Shown one piece after another: positions 28,289 through 39,094 of a stretch of DNA of 64,000 bases. The translations under genes were made by a program, and so were the position numbers. The stretch spans positions 30,779 to 94,778 of the forward strand of contig JBIOIY010000005.1 of NCBI GenBank assembly GCA_044450345.1, in the 5' to 3' direction. Every line of letters begins with the position of its first letter. Position 1 is the stretch's first letter. The notes below the pieces were generated by a model. The model did no database searches. It had not been told where the DNA came from and was given only the letters and a program-made list of their open reading frames with translations. The stretch comes from Thermodesulfovibrionales bacterium (GTDB taxonomy: Bacteria; Nitrospirota; Thermodesulfovibrionia; Thermodesulfovibrionales; UBA6898).

Positions 28289-30526
28289 ATGTCGATAACA
28301 GACTTTGTCAGGTACCTCGGTGATGACAGGGAATTTCAGCTCCAGGTTGCCGGACACAAGTATATTCAGCCCAAGCCGCCCCGCTACGGGGAACTGGAGG
28401 TCGGTGACAGGCTAAAGGCCGCCTTTTCTCAAAAGGGGGTCGATCGCCTCTACCTTCACCAGACGGAGACGGTCGGACTCGTAAGAAAGGGCGTGAATGT
28501 CGTCCTGATGACCCCTACGGCCAGCGGCAAGAGCCTGGCATACAACATACCGGTACTGGAGACCATAATGGAGAACCCGGGCAGCACGGCGCTCTGCCTT
28601 TTTCCACTGAAGGGGCTCGAACAGGACCAGTTGAGAAACCTGAATGAGCTTTCCGGTCTTCTCGGACTGGAGGAGACCGGAAAGGTATACGATGGGGACA
28701 CGATCTCTTCTGCGAGAAGGGATATCCGTGAATTCCTTCCCCATGTCATCTTCACGAACCCTGACATGCTGCATCTCGCGATTATGGCTTTCCACAATAA
28801 ATGGGAAGAATTTTTTCGGAACCTTAAATTCATAGTAATAGACGAGATCCACAGTTACCGAGGGGTCTTCGGTTCTCATGTGGCTCAGGTGTTCAGGAGG
28901 TTGAGGAGGGTATGCGATTTTTACGACTCATCTCCGACCTTTATCGCCGCGTCCGCGACAATAGCGGACCCGTCCAAACTGGCCGGAGACCTTACCGGCC
29001 TCCCCTTCGAGACCGTGCGCGAAAACGGCGCTCCCTCGGCTGGGAAGCACTTTTATTTCATGAACCCGATCGAAAGCCCGTACACAGCGGCCACGAGACT
29101 CTTCGTGCAATGCATGAAGGCGGGCCTCCGGACGATCGTCTTTACCAAGGCGAGAAAGATCACCGAGCTCATCTACACATGGACATTGAACTACGCCCCT
29201 GAACTTCAGGGCAAGATAAGCCCGTACCGCGCCGGGTTCCTGCCGAAAGAAAGGCGCGAGATCGAGGCCAGGTTGTTCAGGGGTGAACTCCTGGGTGTGG
29301 TCTCCACCAGCGCGCTTGAACTCGGGGTCGACATAGGGGGGCTTGATTGCTGCATCCTATGCGGCTACCCCGGCTCCGTATCGAGTACGTGGCAGAGGGC
29401 GGGCCGGGTCGGCCGGCAGGGGGAAGAATCCCTCGTGGTGCTCATCGCCGGCCAGGACGCGCTCGATCATTATTTTATGAGGCACCCCGGCGAGTTCTTC
29501 GAAAAAAGCCATGAGGCCGCGGTAGTAGACGCAGAGAACAAAAACATACTGAAAAAACATTTGGTATGCGCGGCTGCAGAACTTCCCCTGAGTCGGGACG
29601 ACGCTGTATATGATATGGAGAGGCATATGCCTGTTATAGATGAATTGGTGTCCGAAGGAGTGCTGTCTCCCGGAAAAAGGGGAGATGTATGGTTTTCCGT
29701 CGACAAACATCCGCAGCGGCAAGTGGCGATAAGGGCGGTGGGAGAGCGGTTCGCCCTTGTCAACGAAGCCGGGAGGCATATCGGTGAACTGAGCGGATGG
29801 AGGGTCTTCGGGGAGGCATTTCCGGGTGCGATATATCTGCACCGGGGCCGGCAGCACAGTGTCCTGGAACTTGACATCACAAAGAAGAAGGCGGTCTGCA
29901 AAGAAGTGAGGTCACAGTATTACACTCAGCCACTAAGTGAGGGGAAAACGGAAATTATCGAAGAACAGGGAAAGAAGGGATTCAGGGGGACCGAGTTCAG
30001 TTGGGGCAGACTCAGGATGACCCAGAGAATCATCGGGTATGACAGGAAGAGGATCTTCGACAAGGTGAGGATCGCTACGCACGCGCTCTCTCTGCCGGAG
30101 TATGTCTTCGAGACCGAGGGCGTCTGGACCGTCATCGACAGGAAGATGAAGGCTGAGATCGAATCAGGAGGGTTCGACCTCGGCGGCACTCTCCACGCGC
30201 TCGAACATGCCGCAATCGCCTGCATGCCCTTGTTCGCCTTATGCGACCGCGGCGACATAGGGGGATTGAGCCATACAGGTTTCCCGGACTTCGGCCTTCC
30301 CGCGATCTTCGTGTATGATGGACACGAAGGCGGGGTCGGACTCTCAAAAAGGGCCTTCGAGGTCCCAGGGGATTGGCTGAAGGCCACCCTTGGAATTATC
30401 GAGGAGTGTCCCTGTACGGGAGGCTGTCCGTCTTGCGTACAGGACCCCCAGTGCGGAAACAGGAACGAGCCGCTTGATAAGGAAGGCGCGAAATTTTTAT
30501 TGAGGAAATGGCTGGCAGGATCATAA
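28289..30526 (+). CDS. DEAD/DEAH helicase with C-terminal DUF1998 Zn domain (MrfA/YprA/Hrq1 family)
   Basis: TPTASGKS, TNPDMLH, DEIH, SAT, TSALELGVDIG, QRAGRVGR, LHALEHA, YDGHEGGVG, CPC..GCPSC. Confidence 0.92.
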   Translation: MSITDFVRYLGDDREFQLQVAGHKYIQPKPPRYGELEVGDRLKAAFSQKGVDRLYLHQTETVGLVRKGVNVVLMTPTASGKSLAYNIPVLETIMENPGSTALCLFPLKGLEQDQLRNLNELSGLLGLEETGKVYDGDTISSARRDIREFLPHVIFTNPDMLHLAIMAFHNKWEEFFRNLKFIVIDEIHSYRGVFGSHVAQVFRRLRRVCDFYDSSPTFIAASATIADPSKLAGDLTGLPFETVRENGAPSAGKHFYFMNPIESPYTAATRLFVQCMKAGLRTIVFTKARKITELIYTWTLNYAPELQGKISPYRAGFLPKERREIEARLFRGELLGVVSTSALELGVDIGGLDCCILCGYPGSVSSTWQRAGRVGRQGEESLVVLIAGQDALDHYFMRHPGEFFEKSHEAAVVDAENKNILKKHLVCAAAELPLSRDDAVYDMERHMPVIDELVSEGVLSPGKRGDVWFSVDKHPQRQVAIRAVGERFALVNEAGRHIGELSGWRVFGEAFPGAIYLHRGRQHSVLELDITKKKAVCKEVRSQYYTQPLSEGKTEIIEEQGKKGFRGTEFSWGRLRMTQRIIGYDRKRIFDKVRIATHALSLPEYVFETEGVWTVIDRKMKAEIESGGFDLGGTLHALEHAAIACMPLFALCDRGDIGGLSHTGFPDFGLPAIFVYDGHEGGVGLSKRAFEVPGDWLKATLGIIEECPCTGGCPSCVQDPQCGNRNEPLDKEGAKFLLRKWLAGS

Positions 30527-30551
30527 CTCGAACGGAATTATTGGTTACACG

Positions 30552-31049
30552 TTAGATGCGTTTCTTGAGCCACTGAGCGGGCTTAATGACATGATACGCC
30601 CCATCGCCGTCGGAATAGACGATCTTAACTATCCCTGCGTTGAGGATCATCCTCTTGCACATCATACAGGGCTCGGAAAGACATTCACCCGCCCCGCTGT
30701 CGGCCCCTGATATATAAATAGTCGCGCCTTTCAGTTCATCCGCAGAGGCCCGAATTATCGCATTCGCCTCGGCGTGCACGCTGTGACAGAGTTCGTACCG
30801 CTCGCCGTGAGGTATCTGCAACTCCTTCCTCGTACACTTGCCGACGTCCAAACAATCCTTCACGCCCGATGCGGCCCCGTTATAGCCGGTGCTGACGATA
30901 ATATTGTCCTTTGTAATGACCGCGCCGTATCTGCGTCTCAGGCAGGTCGCACGCGAAGAGACCGCCTTGGCTATGGTAACGAAATATTCATCCCAACCGG
31001 GTCTTGAATGTCTTAAGGTCTTTTTCGCCACGCTTTTCGGTTTGTGCAT
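30552..31049 (-). CDS. dCMP deaminase / ComEB family
   Basis: RPGWDEYF, RATCLRR.YGA, TGYNG, HAEANA, PCMMC. Confidence 0.9.
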   Translation of the reverse strand: MHKPKSVAKKTLRHSRPGWDEYFVTIAKAVSSRATCLRRRYGAVITKDNIIVSTGYNGAASGVKDCLDVGKCTRKELQIPHGERYELCHSVHAEANAIIRASADELKGATIYISGADSGAGECLSEPCMMCKRMILNAGIVKIVYSDGDGAYHVIKPAQWLKKRI

Positions 31050-31147
31050 GAAGTTATTATAACTAAAACCACAACCGCCTGTCTTCGCAGCGTCGTAATC
31101 GAGAAGACCTGCCGGAAAACAACGAATCCGCTGCTATAGGCATCCCC

Positions 31148-32071
31148 TTACCTATGGGCAATTTTATCCTGACTCCACCAGTCCTTCTGCATGCTTATTC
31201 TTTTTATGAGAGACAAGGGAAGCCTTTGATACAATCTCCCGAGGTTGTAGCCCGCCAACTTTAGGGCCGTCCTTATCGCCAGTTCAGGGAGCAGGAGGTA
31301 TTTCCCCTTGCGAACCAGGTACCCCACGGCAGACCTGACATATGCCATCCCTTCGCCTTCCGCCTTGCCGAACTCCTCGAGGATCCACCCTTCGCACTGG
31401 TGAAAAACGCCGATGTCGAAGTACCTTTTGAATTCCTGGAAGGCCGTATAATTGTGGGAGTGGTAGACCAATGCGTCTGCCGCATAGGCTATCTTGTACC
31501 CTGCGAGCAATAATTTAGCGCCCGCATAGGTATCTTCTGCCAAAATCAGTCTGTCCTTGAATCCGCCGACCCCAAGAAGTGCTTTTTTCCTATATGCCGA
31601 AAACGCATTCGACAAAAATGGAGTCTTGATCTTAAATTTTTCCTTGTCCGACATGCTCCTGAGGGAGGATGTTTCCGGATAATTAAAAAGCCTGAGGTGT
31701 GCGGCAAAGGGCGAAGCATCAGGATAGGGCACTTGCCGGCCGTACACCGCACCGACAGTCCCGTCCTCGAAAGGCCCCACGAGGTTTTCGATCGACCGGT
31801 CATCTAAAGGCAGCACATCCTGGGTGAGAAATATGACGATATCGCCCTTGGCCTCTTCTGCCGCCAGGGTGCGGGTGCCCCCGTGGTCGAACTCCCCCTT
31901 TTTGACCTTCATCAGCCTTGCTCCGAATGATGCGGCGATTAGGTGGGCCTCATCCGTTGACGAAGAGTCGACAATAATTATCTCAGACTGGACGGTCTGT
32001 GTCCTTAATTTCTCCAGGAGATCACGCAACTCTTTCCCGGCGCCTAAAATGGGGATGATGACACTTATCAT
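31148..32071 (-). CDS. GT2 glycosyltransferase (rhamnosyltransferase-like)
   Basis: ISVIIP, VDSSSTD, FDHGGTR, FLTQD, AED, HSHNY, RYFDIG. Confidence 0.88.
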   Translation of the reverse strand: MISVIIPILGAGKELRDLLEKLRTQTVQSEIIIVDSSSTDEAHLIAASFGARLMKVKKGEFDHGGTRTLAAEEAKGDIVIFLTQDVLPLDDRSIENLVGPFEDGTVGAVYGRQVPYPDASPFAAHLRLFNYPETSSLRSMSDKEKFKIKTPFLSNAFSAYRKKALLGVGGFKDRLILAEDTYAGAKLLLAGYKIAYAADALVYHSHNYTAFQEFKRYFDIGVFHQCEGWILEEFGKAEGEGMAYVRSAVGYLVRKGKYLLLPELAIRTALKLAGYNLGRLYQRLPLSLIKRISMQKDWWSQDKIAHR

Positions 32072-32206
32072 GATATGGATCGTCCCTTTGTCCCGCTATC
32101 CGGGTATTATACAGCAACGCCTCCTTTTCATGGGAAATGCCTTTGACAGCGCCCTCTTATGGCCCCTTTTTGGTAAAAAGATCAGCCCGTATGGTATACT
32201 TTTTGT

Positions 32207-33751
32207 ATGTCCGATTCGGATACAAGCAGTACTTTGGATAAACCTTTTATCTCGGGCGATGACCTGCCCAAAGTGCCTTTCGTCTTAAACGGTATATCTT
32301 CGCGTTTCATCCGCGAGAGCCTGATCGTCCCGCTTGAGCTCAAACAGAACAGACTTAAGGTAGCGATGGCAAACCCTGAAGACTCGCAGACCATCGATGC
32401 CTTGAGGGTAGCAACATCGGCAGACGTAACTGTTTACGCCGCCGACCCCAAGGCCCTCAGCGACTATATAGCCAAGTTTTACGGTCAGGAGCCCCAGAAC
32501 ATTAACAAGATCGTCGAGGACATGGGGGAAAAAGGATTTGAGTTCGTCAAGGATGAAGAGGAAGATGTAGGCCATTTAAAGGACCTCGCGTCGGAAGCGC
32601 CGATCATCAGACTGGTCAATCTTATCCTGACGAGGGCGATCGAGAGCAGGGCCAGCGACATCCATATAGAACCCTTCGAGGATGAATTGAAGGTCAGGTA
32701 CCGGATAGACGGTGTCCTGCACGAGACCGAATCCACGCCGAAGAAACTGCAGGCTGCGATCGTGTCGAGAATAAAGATCATGGCAAAGCTCAATATCGCC
32801 GAGAGGAGACTCCCTCAGGACGGCAGGATAAAACTCAAGGTAGGCCCCAAAGAAGTCGACCTCAGGGTTTCGACCATACCCGTCCTTCATGGCGAGAGCA
32901 TAGTCATGAGGATCCTCCATAAAGAAGGCATCGTAGTAAATCTCGACCTTCTCGGGTTTCCGCCGGGAACGCTCGCGGGCTTCAACCAGGTCATCACAAA
33001 ACCTAACGGGATAGTACTCGTCACCGGCCCGACAGGCAGCGGGAAGACGACAACCCTTTACGGTGCGCTCGACAAGATAAATTCACCGGACAGGAAGATA
33101 ATCACTGTCGAGGACCCCGTCGAGTACCAGCTCAAGGGTGTAAATCAGATCCAGGTCAAACCGCAGATCGGCCTGCTTTTCGCAAGTACGCTGCGTCATA
33201 TCGTGAGGCAAGACCCTGACATCATTATGATCGGAGAAATCAGGGACCTCGAAACCGGAGAGATAGCCATCCAGTCGGCGTTGACGGGCCATCTTGTTTT
33301 TTCAACATTGCATACGAACGACGCGCCGAGCGCCATCACGAGACTGCTCGATATGGGGGTCGAGAATTTTCTCCTCTCCTCGACAATAAGGGGCATTCTC
33401 GCGCAAAGGCTTGTGAGGGTCATCTGTCCGTCCTGCAAGACGGTGGAAACGTCCGCCGCCGACAGGGAAGGCCTCGAGAAACTAGGCATCGGCAGCGACG
33501 TTACCATCTATAGGGGAAAGGGCTGCGAACACTGTGCCTATACCGGCTACTTCGGCAGGATCGGGATATTCGAGCTCCTGCTTGTGGATGACGAAATCCG
33601 GAGTCTGATTTTGAAAAGCTCGGATGCCAACCAACTCAGAAACGCAGCGAAACGGCATGGCATGAGGACGCTTCTGGAAGACGGCACCGAAAAGATAAGG
33701 GAAGGGAAAACAACCCTCAGCGAGGTGCTCAGGGTCACGCAGGAGGTATAG
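32207..33751 (+). CDS. gspE: Type II secretion ATPase GspE
   Basis: ASDIHIEP, AERRLPQDGRI, GPTGSGKTTT, EDPVEY, RQDPD, TGHLVFSTLHTND, Cys4 motif. Confidence 0.93.
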   Translation: MSDSDTSSTLDKPFISGDDLPKVPFVLNGISSRFIRESLIVPLELKQNRLKVAMANPEDSQTIDALRVATSADVTVYAADPKALSDYIAKFYGQEPQNINKIVEDMGEKGFEFVKDEEEDVGHLKDLASEAPIIRLVNLILTRAIESRASDIHIEPFEDELKVRYRIDGVLHETESTPKKLQAAIVSRIKIMAKLNIAERRLPQDGRIKLKVGPKEVDLRVSTIPVLHGESIVMRILHKEGIVVNLDLLGFPPGTLAGFNQVITKPNGIVLVTGPTGSGKTTTLYGALDKINSPDRKIITVEDPVEYQLKGVNQIQVKPQIGLLFASTLRHIVRQDPDIIMIGEIRDLETGEIAIQSALTGHLVFSTLHTNDAPSAITRLLDMGVENFLLSSTIRGILAQRLVRVICPSCKTVETSAADREGLEKLGIGSDVTIYRGKGCEHCAYTGYFGRIGIFELLLVDDEIRSLILKSSDANQLRNAAKRHGMRTLLEDGTEKIREGKTTLSEVLRVTQEV

Positions 33752-34944
33752 TGGGCATCTTTTCCTACAAGGCCACCACCGCAGACGGGGCCATCGTGGA
33801 AGGCGTGATCGAGGCAGCCGATGAAAGGGACGTCGCAGAACGCCTGAAGAACTCGGGCATAATCCCCCTTTCCATAGCCAGCCCAAAAGAAGGACTGGGG
33901 AAGCGATTTGTCCGTAAATCGTCACGAGGAGATATCCTCACTTTTACGACCGAGCTTTCCTCACTTTTGGGCGCGGGGTTGCCGCTCGACAGAAGCCTTA
34001 ACATCCTCTCCGACATCTCTGAGGGCAGTGAGATGAAGAACATCATCAAGTCGGTCTTGAAGTCCATCAGGGAAGGCAGTTCCTTTTCAGATGCCCTTCA
34101 GAAACACCCGCGGGTCTTTCCGAAGCTTTATGTAAATATGATCAGGGCCGGTGAAGCCGGCGGAGTGCTCGACGTCGTGCTCGATAAGTTGAACGAGTTC
34201 CTCGAATCCTCGAAGGAGTTGAAAGACCATGTATTCTCGGCAATGATATATCCGGTAATCCTTCTCTTTACGGGGGGGGCTTCGATCATAGTGCTCCTCA
34301 CATGGGTCCTCCCGAAATTCTCGGTGATTTTTTCTGAAATGCACACTCAGTTACCGGCTTCGACCCGTCTGATCATCGGATTCAGCGAAGCGATAGCTTC
34401 TTACTGGTGGATACTATTGGCCTGCATCATCATAGGATGGATCACTTTCAGAAATTATGTGAAGACCGAGGCGGGGCGGCTCCAATGGGACTCCTTCAAA
34501 CTCAAGCTGATTGGCGAGGTGATCACGAAGATAGAGACCGCAAGATTCGCCCGGACGCTCGGCACTCTCCTTAGAAGCGGCGTGCCGCTGCTGCAGGCGC
34601 TCCACAACTCAAAGGACATTATCAACAACCGGGTCATAGCCTCTGCCATCGACGCGGTGTCGAAGGGCGCAAAAGAGGGCAAGGGCATCGCTGCTCCCCT
34701 AGCCGGCGCAAATGTCTTTCCGGCCCTCGCCCTCTCCATGATAAAGGTCGGAGAGGAGACCGGGCAGCTCGACACAATGCTCCTGAAAGTGGCTGTTACC
34801 TATGAAAAGAGCCTGCGTGTTGCGATAAAGCGGTTCGTGAGTCTCATGGAGCCGGCAATGATCCTCGGTATGGGATTGGTCATCGGCTTTATTGTGCTGT
34901 CGATGCTCATGGCGATCTTCAGCATCACTGATCTGCCCGTTTAA
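33751..34944 (+). CDS. gspF: Type II secretion platform protein GspF
   Basis: LLGAGLPL, FPKLYVNMIRAGEAGG, AMIYP, LRSGVPL, GEETGQL, EP.MI. Confidence 0.92.
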   Translation: MGIFSYKATTADGAIVEGVIEAADERDVAERLKNSGIIPLSIASPKEGLGKRFVRKSSRGDILTFTTELSSLLGAGLPLDRSLNILSDISEGSEMKNIIKSVLKSIREGSSFSDALQKHPRVFPKLYVNMIRAGEAGGVLDVVLDKLNEFLESSKELKDHVFSAMIYPVILLFTGGASIIVLLTWVLPKFSVIFSEMHTQLPASTRLIIGFSEAIASYWWILLACIIIGWITFRNYVKTEAGRLQWDSFKLKLIGEVITKIETARFARTLGTLLRSGVPLLQALHNSKDIINNRVIASAIDAVSKGAKEGKGIAAPLAGANVFPALALSMIKVGEETGQLDTMLLKVAVTYEKSLRVAIKRFVSLMEPAMILGMGLVIGFIVLSMLMAIFSITDLPV

Positions 34945-34956
34945 ACGTCATAGTGC

Positions 34957-35397
34957 GTGCATATGAACAAGGATAAAGGATTCACGCTTCTGGAGTTGAC
35001 TGTCGTGATGTTTCTAGTAGGGCTGATGCTCTCGCTGGCAGGGGTCCTTTTTTCCAATACACTCCCTTCGAGCAAGTTCAGTGCAACTACACGAGAGATG
35101 GCGGCGACCATCCGGCATGCCAGGACCCTCGCGCAATTGAAGGGCGAAAACCAGACGGTCACCATAGACATGGAGGCCCGCAAATACGGTATAGATAACG
35201 TCACCGCCAAAGACATACCGCCCGGCATATCCGTCAAGATAATCGACCCGCTGTCGGGGGATGTACAAACCGGCAAATATCAGTTTAATTTTCCATCCAT
35301 CGGCGGAATCGAGGGCGGCACAATAGTCCTTTGGAACTCAAAAAAAACCGCCCGCATCGAGATAGATCCCATCGTGGGAGCTGCGGTGGTGAAGTAA
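34957..35397 (+). CDS. Minor pseudopilin GspH-like
   Basis: Prepilin motif KGFTLLELTVV; IRHARTLA region typical of GspH/FimT. Confidence 0.75.
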   Translation: MHMNKDKGFTLLELTVVMFLVGLMLSLAGVLFSNTLPSSKFSATTREMAATIRHARTLAQLKGENQTVTIDMEARKYGIDNVTAKDIPPGISVKIIDPLSGDVQTGKYQFNFPSIGGIEGGTIVLWNSKKTARIEIDPIVGAAVVK

Positions 35398-35804
35398 TGA
35401 GGGGACTGAGAAGATCTCTTGACTCCAATGCAAGGGGGTTTACGCTCCTTGAAGTCCTTGTTGCCCTGGTGCTCCTCAGCGTCGCCCTCGTGGCGATCCT
35501 TCAGCTTTTTTCGATAAACCTCCGGGGTATAGCCGCATCAGAGGATTTCGCAAAGGCGGTAATGAGGGCGGAGGCGACAATGCGTGACGTGCTCGATGAC
35601 GACGATATCGCAGAGAAGTCATCATCGGAAACAACGCCTGACGGATACAGGATAGACGTCGCCATAACAAACGCTGAAGAGAAGAGGACCGAGAATCTCC
35701 CTCTAAAACTGCTGCAAATAAGTCTCACCGTGCACTGGAAAGACGGGGTCAAAGAACGTGCCTTGACGCTAAAGACGATGAAAGCGGTAACCAAGAAGAT
35801 ATGA
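35397..35804 (+). CDS. Minor pseudopilin GspI-like
   Basis: RGFTLLEVLVAL; start set at ATG 35397 overlapping the upstream stop. Confidence 0.75.
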   Translation: MRGLRRSLDSNARGFTLLEVLVALVLLSVALVAILQLFSINLRGIAASEDFAKAVMRAEATMRDVLDDDDIAEKSSSETTPDGYRIDVAITNAEEKRTENLPLKLLQISLTVHWKDGVKERALTLKTMKAVTKKI

Positions 35805-36481
35805 TAAAAGACATCCGATATTTCGCCTTCGGCTGCAGGTCCTTTTCCTTGAGACGGGACAGCCGCGGCTTCACTCTCCTTGAACTGATGATATCCATAA
35901 CGATGCTCGGCATCATCGTCGTCATTGTAGCGGGGGCCTTGAAGCTGGGCATTCAGTCCGTCGAAAGAGGCGAGAGGAGGATAGAAGCACTTGAGCGCAT
36001 CAGGACATCGCTTAATACTGTCGAGGCGCAGATCCAGTCCCTGACAGGTCTTACCTATGATGACAACGGAGAAAAGAAACGCTACTTCAAGGCAGACCGG
36101 GATTCTTTGCAATTTTCGACCAACTATTCAATCTGGGGAGGCCAGAAAGGATATACTGTCGTGTCCTACACTGTAGGGACCGACAACAACGGGAAGCAGT
36201 CGTTGAAGGCATCTGAAACCATTGTCGGCATGAGCAACGCAAGGGAGACGTGGCTCATGGGCTCTTTCGACAAGATTTATTTCGAATATTTTTCCAAGGG
36301 CCCCACTGACGAGAAAGGCTCGTGGGCGGACAATTGGACGGACGATATCAATATCCCCGAGAAGGTAAAACTCCATCTGGTTTCAGGGCAAAATAATTTT
36401 GCCCTCATCATCCCGGTAAGGATCGCCGCATCTCTGAACAAGGACGCTGCCGTCTCAGTCACCTCGGCAACGAAGAAATGA
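35801..36481 (+). CDS. Minor pseudopilin GspJ-like
   Basis: RGFTLLELMISI; C-terminal W.D.W....IPEKVKL typical of GspJ. Confidence 0.78.
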   Translation: MIKDIRYFAFGCRSFSLRRDSRGFTLLELMISITMLGIIVVIVAGALKLGIQSVERGERRIEALERIRTSLNTVEAQIQSLTGLTYDDNGEKKRYFKADRDSLQFSTNYSIWGGQKGYTVVSYTVGTDNNGKQSLKASETIVGMSNARETWLMGSFDKIYFEYFSKGPTDEKGSWADNWTDDINIPEKVKLHLVSGQNNFALIIPVRIAASLNKDAAVSVTSATKK

Positions 36482-37530
36482 TGTCTGCCGGAGAACCATC
36501 AGGGACAGTCAATAAATTTTGTGCCGGCGGCGGAGGTGAAAAGGGGATCGCCCTTATCATGGTTTTATGGGTATTGACGGTGCTGATGGTCATCGCCCTT
36601 TCTTTTTCTTACATGGGGAAGACGGAGAGCCAGACTTCGCTTGCATTTAAGCAAGGGGTTGAAAAAAAATTTCTTGCCGAGGCCGGGATAGAGAAAGGCG
36701 TTGCGGAAATCCTCTACGCAAAAATGAACCCGAACCCTCAGGTCGTCCTCGAGGGCGGCGAGACCTGGAAAATGGACGGCACCCCGTATACCGTCAAAGC
36801 GGACGACGGATATTACACGGTCAGCATCATCGACGAATCCGGGAAGATAAACATTAACACACTCACCGACTCATCTGCTATAATAATGAAAAATCTCTTG
36901 ATGAATTCCGGGGTTGAGGCAGCAGCAGCGGACATCATCGCAGACTCCATTTTAGACTGGAAAGACGCCGATGACCTCACTAGGCTTCACGGCGCTGAAA
37001 GTGACTATTATATGTCCCTTCCGAACCCATACAAGGCAAAGAACGCCGATTTCGATTCACTGGAAGAGCTTTTGCTGGTAAGGGGAATGACCCCTGAGAT
37101 ATTGTACGGCCTTGACAAGAAAAAGGGTATGATAGATTTTTTGACGGTCAAGTCTAAGAGCAGCGGGATCAATGCTAGCTCCGCGCCTAAGGAGGTCTTG
37201 ATGGCTGTCCCCGGCATAACGGCCGAGATCGCTGATGCGATAGTAAGTTCACGCGGGAACCCGTCGGATGCGGCGAGTGCGGCGAATATTCAAGGGATGC
37301 TGGCGGCCGTTCAGCCGCCCTTTAACCAGTTCGTCACATTCGGCGCGGTGGGCGGCGCCTTCACGATAGAATCCTCGGCCTACAAAGGCGATTCAAAGGG
37401 AGCCTATACCGTCAAGGCCACGGTCATCATTGAGAGCGATAACACGTTCAGATATGTATACTATAAGAGTCCTGCAAAAAACCCTGTAAAGAACCAGACA
37501 GAAAGCAATGGCGGAAGCGATCATAGTTAA
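36478..37530 (+). CDS. gspK: Pseudopilin GspK
   Basis: KGIALIMVLW (no E5), DESGKININ, ILDWKDADD, GAESDYY, EELLLVRG, INASSAPKEVL. Confidence 0.88.
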   Translation: MMSAGEPSGTVNKFCAGGGGEKGIALIMVLWVLTVLMVIALSFSYMGKTESQTSLAFKQGVEKKFLAEAGIEKGVAEILYAKMNPNPQVVLEGGETWKMDGTPYTVKADDGYYTVSIIDESGKININTLTDSSAIIMKNLLMNSGVEAAAADIIADSILDWKDADDLTRLHGAESDYYMSLPNPYKAKNADFDSLEELLLVRGMTPEILYGLDKKKGMIDFLTVKSKSSGINASSAPKEVLMAVPGITAEIADAIVSSRGNPSDAASAANIQGMLAAVQPPFNQFVTFGAVGGAFTIESSAYKGDSKGAYTVKATVIIESDNTFRYVYYKSPAKNPVKNQTESNGGSDHS

Positions 37531-39094
37531 GAAATTGACATCCTTCGCCTTAGGTTCAATCCCGAGGTTGACGAGGGTGGTGCATTTTCTTCAGAGGGTG
37601 CTCACGTTCAGTCCTGCTGATGATTTTATCTTCCCGCAAAAGAGCCTTTCTGTCTCAATCGGGAAGGGGGACCTCTCTGTAGCATACGGCACGAGGTTCC
37701 TTTCCGGGATAATGGTGAAAGGCGCAAAGACATATCCTTTGGAAGACAGCGGCAGGTATCCTCAGCCCGAGGAAATAGTCTCATCGCTGGCGCTTGCGGT
37801 TAACGAATTCGGTGTTCCCAAAACCGACATCACGCTGAGCATACCAAAGGCATGGACTATCATCAGGACGGTCGAATTCCCCTCCACGGTCAAAGAGAAT
37901 TTGGCGTCAGTCATAGCCTATGAGATGGACAGAATCACCCCTTTCACCTCTGAAGAGGCTTTTTTTGATTTCAGGATGTTGAAGGAGGACGACGGGAGAA
38001 TTACCCTGCTCGTCATGGCGGCCAGGGTGGACGCAGTAATGCCCTATATAACCGCCCTTGAGGCAAACGGATTTGCCGTGAGCAGAATTACTGTCGACCT
38101 GGCAGGAATCGGAGCACTTTGCGCTAAGGATGAAAAAAATTCAGACATCTTCTTCATAGGGATCGACGAAAAGGGATACGAGGGAGCCCACTTTGCGGGG
38201 GGCTCCATGGTTCAGGTTTTTTCCGGCTCTTTTACGACGACCGATGAGGGTCCCCGTGCGGAAGCTATCTCTGCGTCGCTGAAAAATCTTATCGAGGCCT
38301 CGAAAGGCCGCGGCAACTCGCCGAAGGTCATCGCGCATTTAAAGGGGGGTAACCCTTCTCTCGTCGAGCTGCTTAAGGTCCGGATGGGTGTCCCCTTCGC
38401 CATCCTGAGGCTGACGGACGCACGTATAAAGTTCGCCCGGCCTTATCAAGAGTTGCCCTACGGCGCGGTCGGCAGTATGGTCGAGTCGCTTCAGCCGGTT
38501 AACGAGGGGCTGAACCTTTTGAAAAGAGGCATATATGCAAAACAGAAGCCTCCTTTGGCATTCACGATCATTTTGACGTGTGCGATCATAGTCTTATGGG
38601 CGGTCTACCTGATTGCACCTCTCCGTGTGGAGAAGGAAAGGCTCGCCGAGATAACTCACGCAATAGCTTCAAAAAAGGCAGCGGTGAAAAAAGTTGAGGA
38701 CCTGAAGAAGGAGGCCAATGAATTGACCGCGGAAATCTCTTCAATCAGGAGTTTCAAGGAAGACAGACCGCTGGTCTTAAATATCCTCAAGGGACTTACC
38801 GTCGTCCTTCCGAAGACAACGTGGTTGACACGTGTCAGGGTCACCGAGACAGGCGTTGATATCGAAGGCTATGCAGCGTCTGCAAGCGAACTCTTGCCGA
38901 GACTGGAGGCATCGAAATACTTCCAAAAAGTCGAGTTCGCTTCTCCGACATTCAGAGACGTGAGGATGAATTCCGACAGGTTTGTCATTAAGATGGAGAT
39001 TGAAGGCGTCAAGAAAAGCACCGAGACCGCCCCAAAGGCGGACGGCGGGACTAAGAAGGCCCCCGGGGAAAAGCCAAAGCATGACAAGAAATAA
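37508..39094 (+). CDS. GspL/PilN-like assembly protein
   Basis: Cytoplasmic actin-like region, NLL before a single TM, coiled coil, LP.TTWLT..IEGYA..LEAS.YF.VEF PilN-like C-terminus. Confidence 0.75.
   Translation: MAEAIIVKKLTSFALGSIPRLTRVVHFLQRVLTFSPADDFIFPQKSLSVSIGKGDLSVAYGTRFLSGIMVKGAKTYPLEDSGRYPQPEEIVSSLALAVNEFGVPKTDITLSIPKAWTIIRTVEFPSTVKENLASVIAYEMDRITPFTSEEAFFDFRMLKEDDGRITLLVMAARVDAVMPYITALEANGFAVSRITVDLAGIGALCAKDEKNSDIFFIGIDEKGYEGAHFAGGSMVQVFSGSFTTTDEGPRAEAISASLKNLIEASKGRGNSPKVIAHLKGGNPSLVELLKVRMGVPFAILRLTDARIKFARPYQELPYGAVGSMVESLQPVNEGLNLLKRGIYAKQKPPLAFTIILTCAIIVLWAVYLIAPLRVEKERLAEITHAIASKKAAVKKVEDLKKEANELTAEISSIRSFKEDRPLVLNILKGLTVVLPKTTWLTRVRVTETGVDIEGYAASASELLPRLEASKYFQKVEFASPTFRDVRMNSDRFVIKMEIEGVKKSTETAPKADGGTKKAPGEKPKHDKK

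Noticed and set aside
28289..31049. DISARM DrmB or antiphage dCTP deaminase
   Set aside because: No drmA/C/D or methylase nearby. The helicase fits the stand-alone MrfA/Hrq1 type, and the deaminase is the short housekeeping form with no kinase domain.
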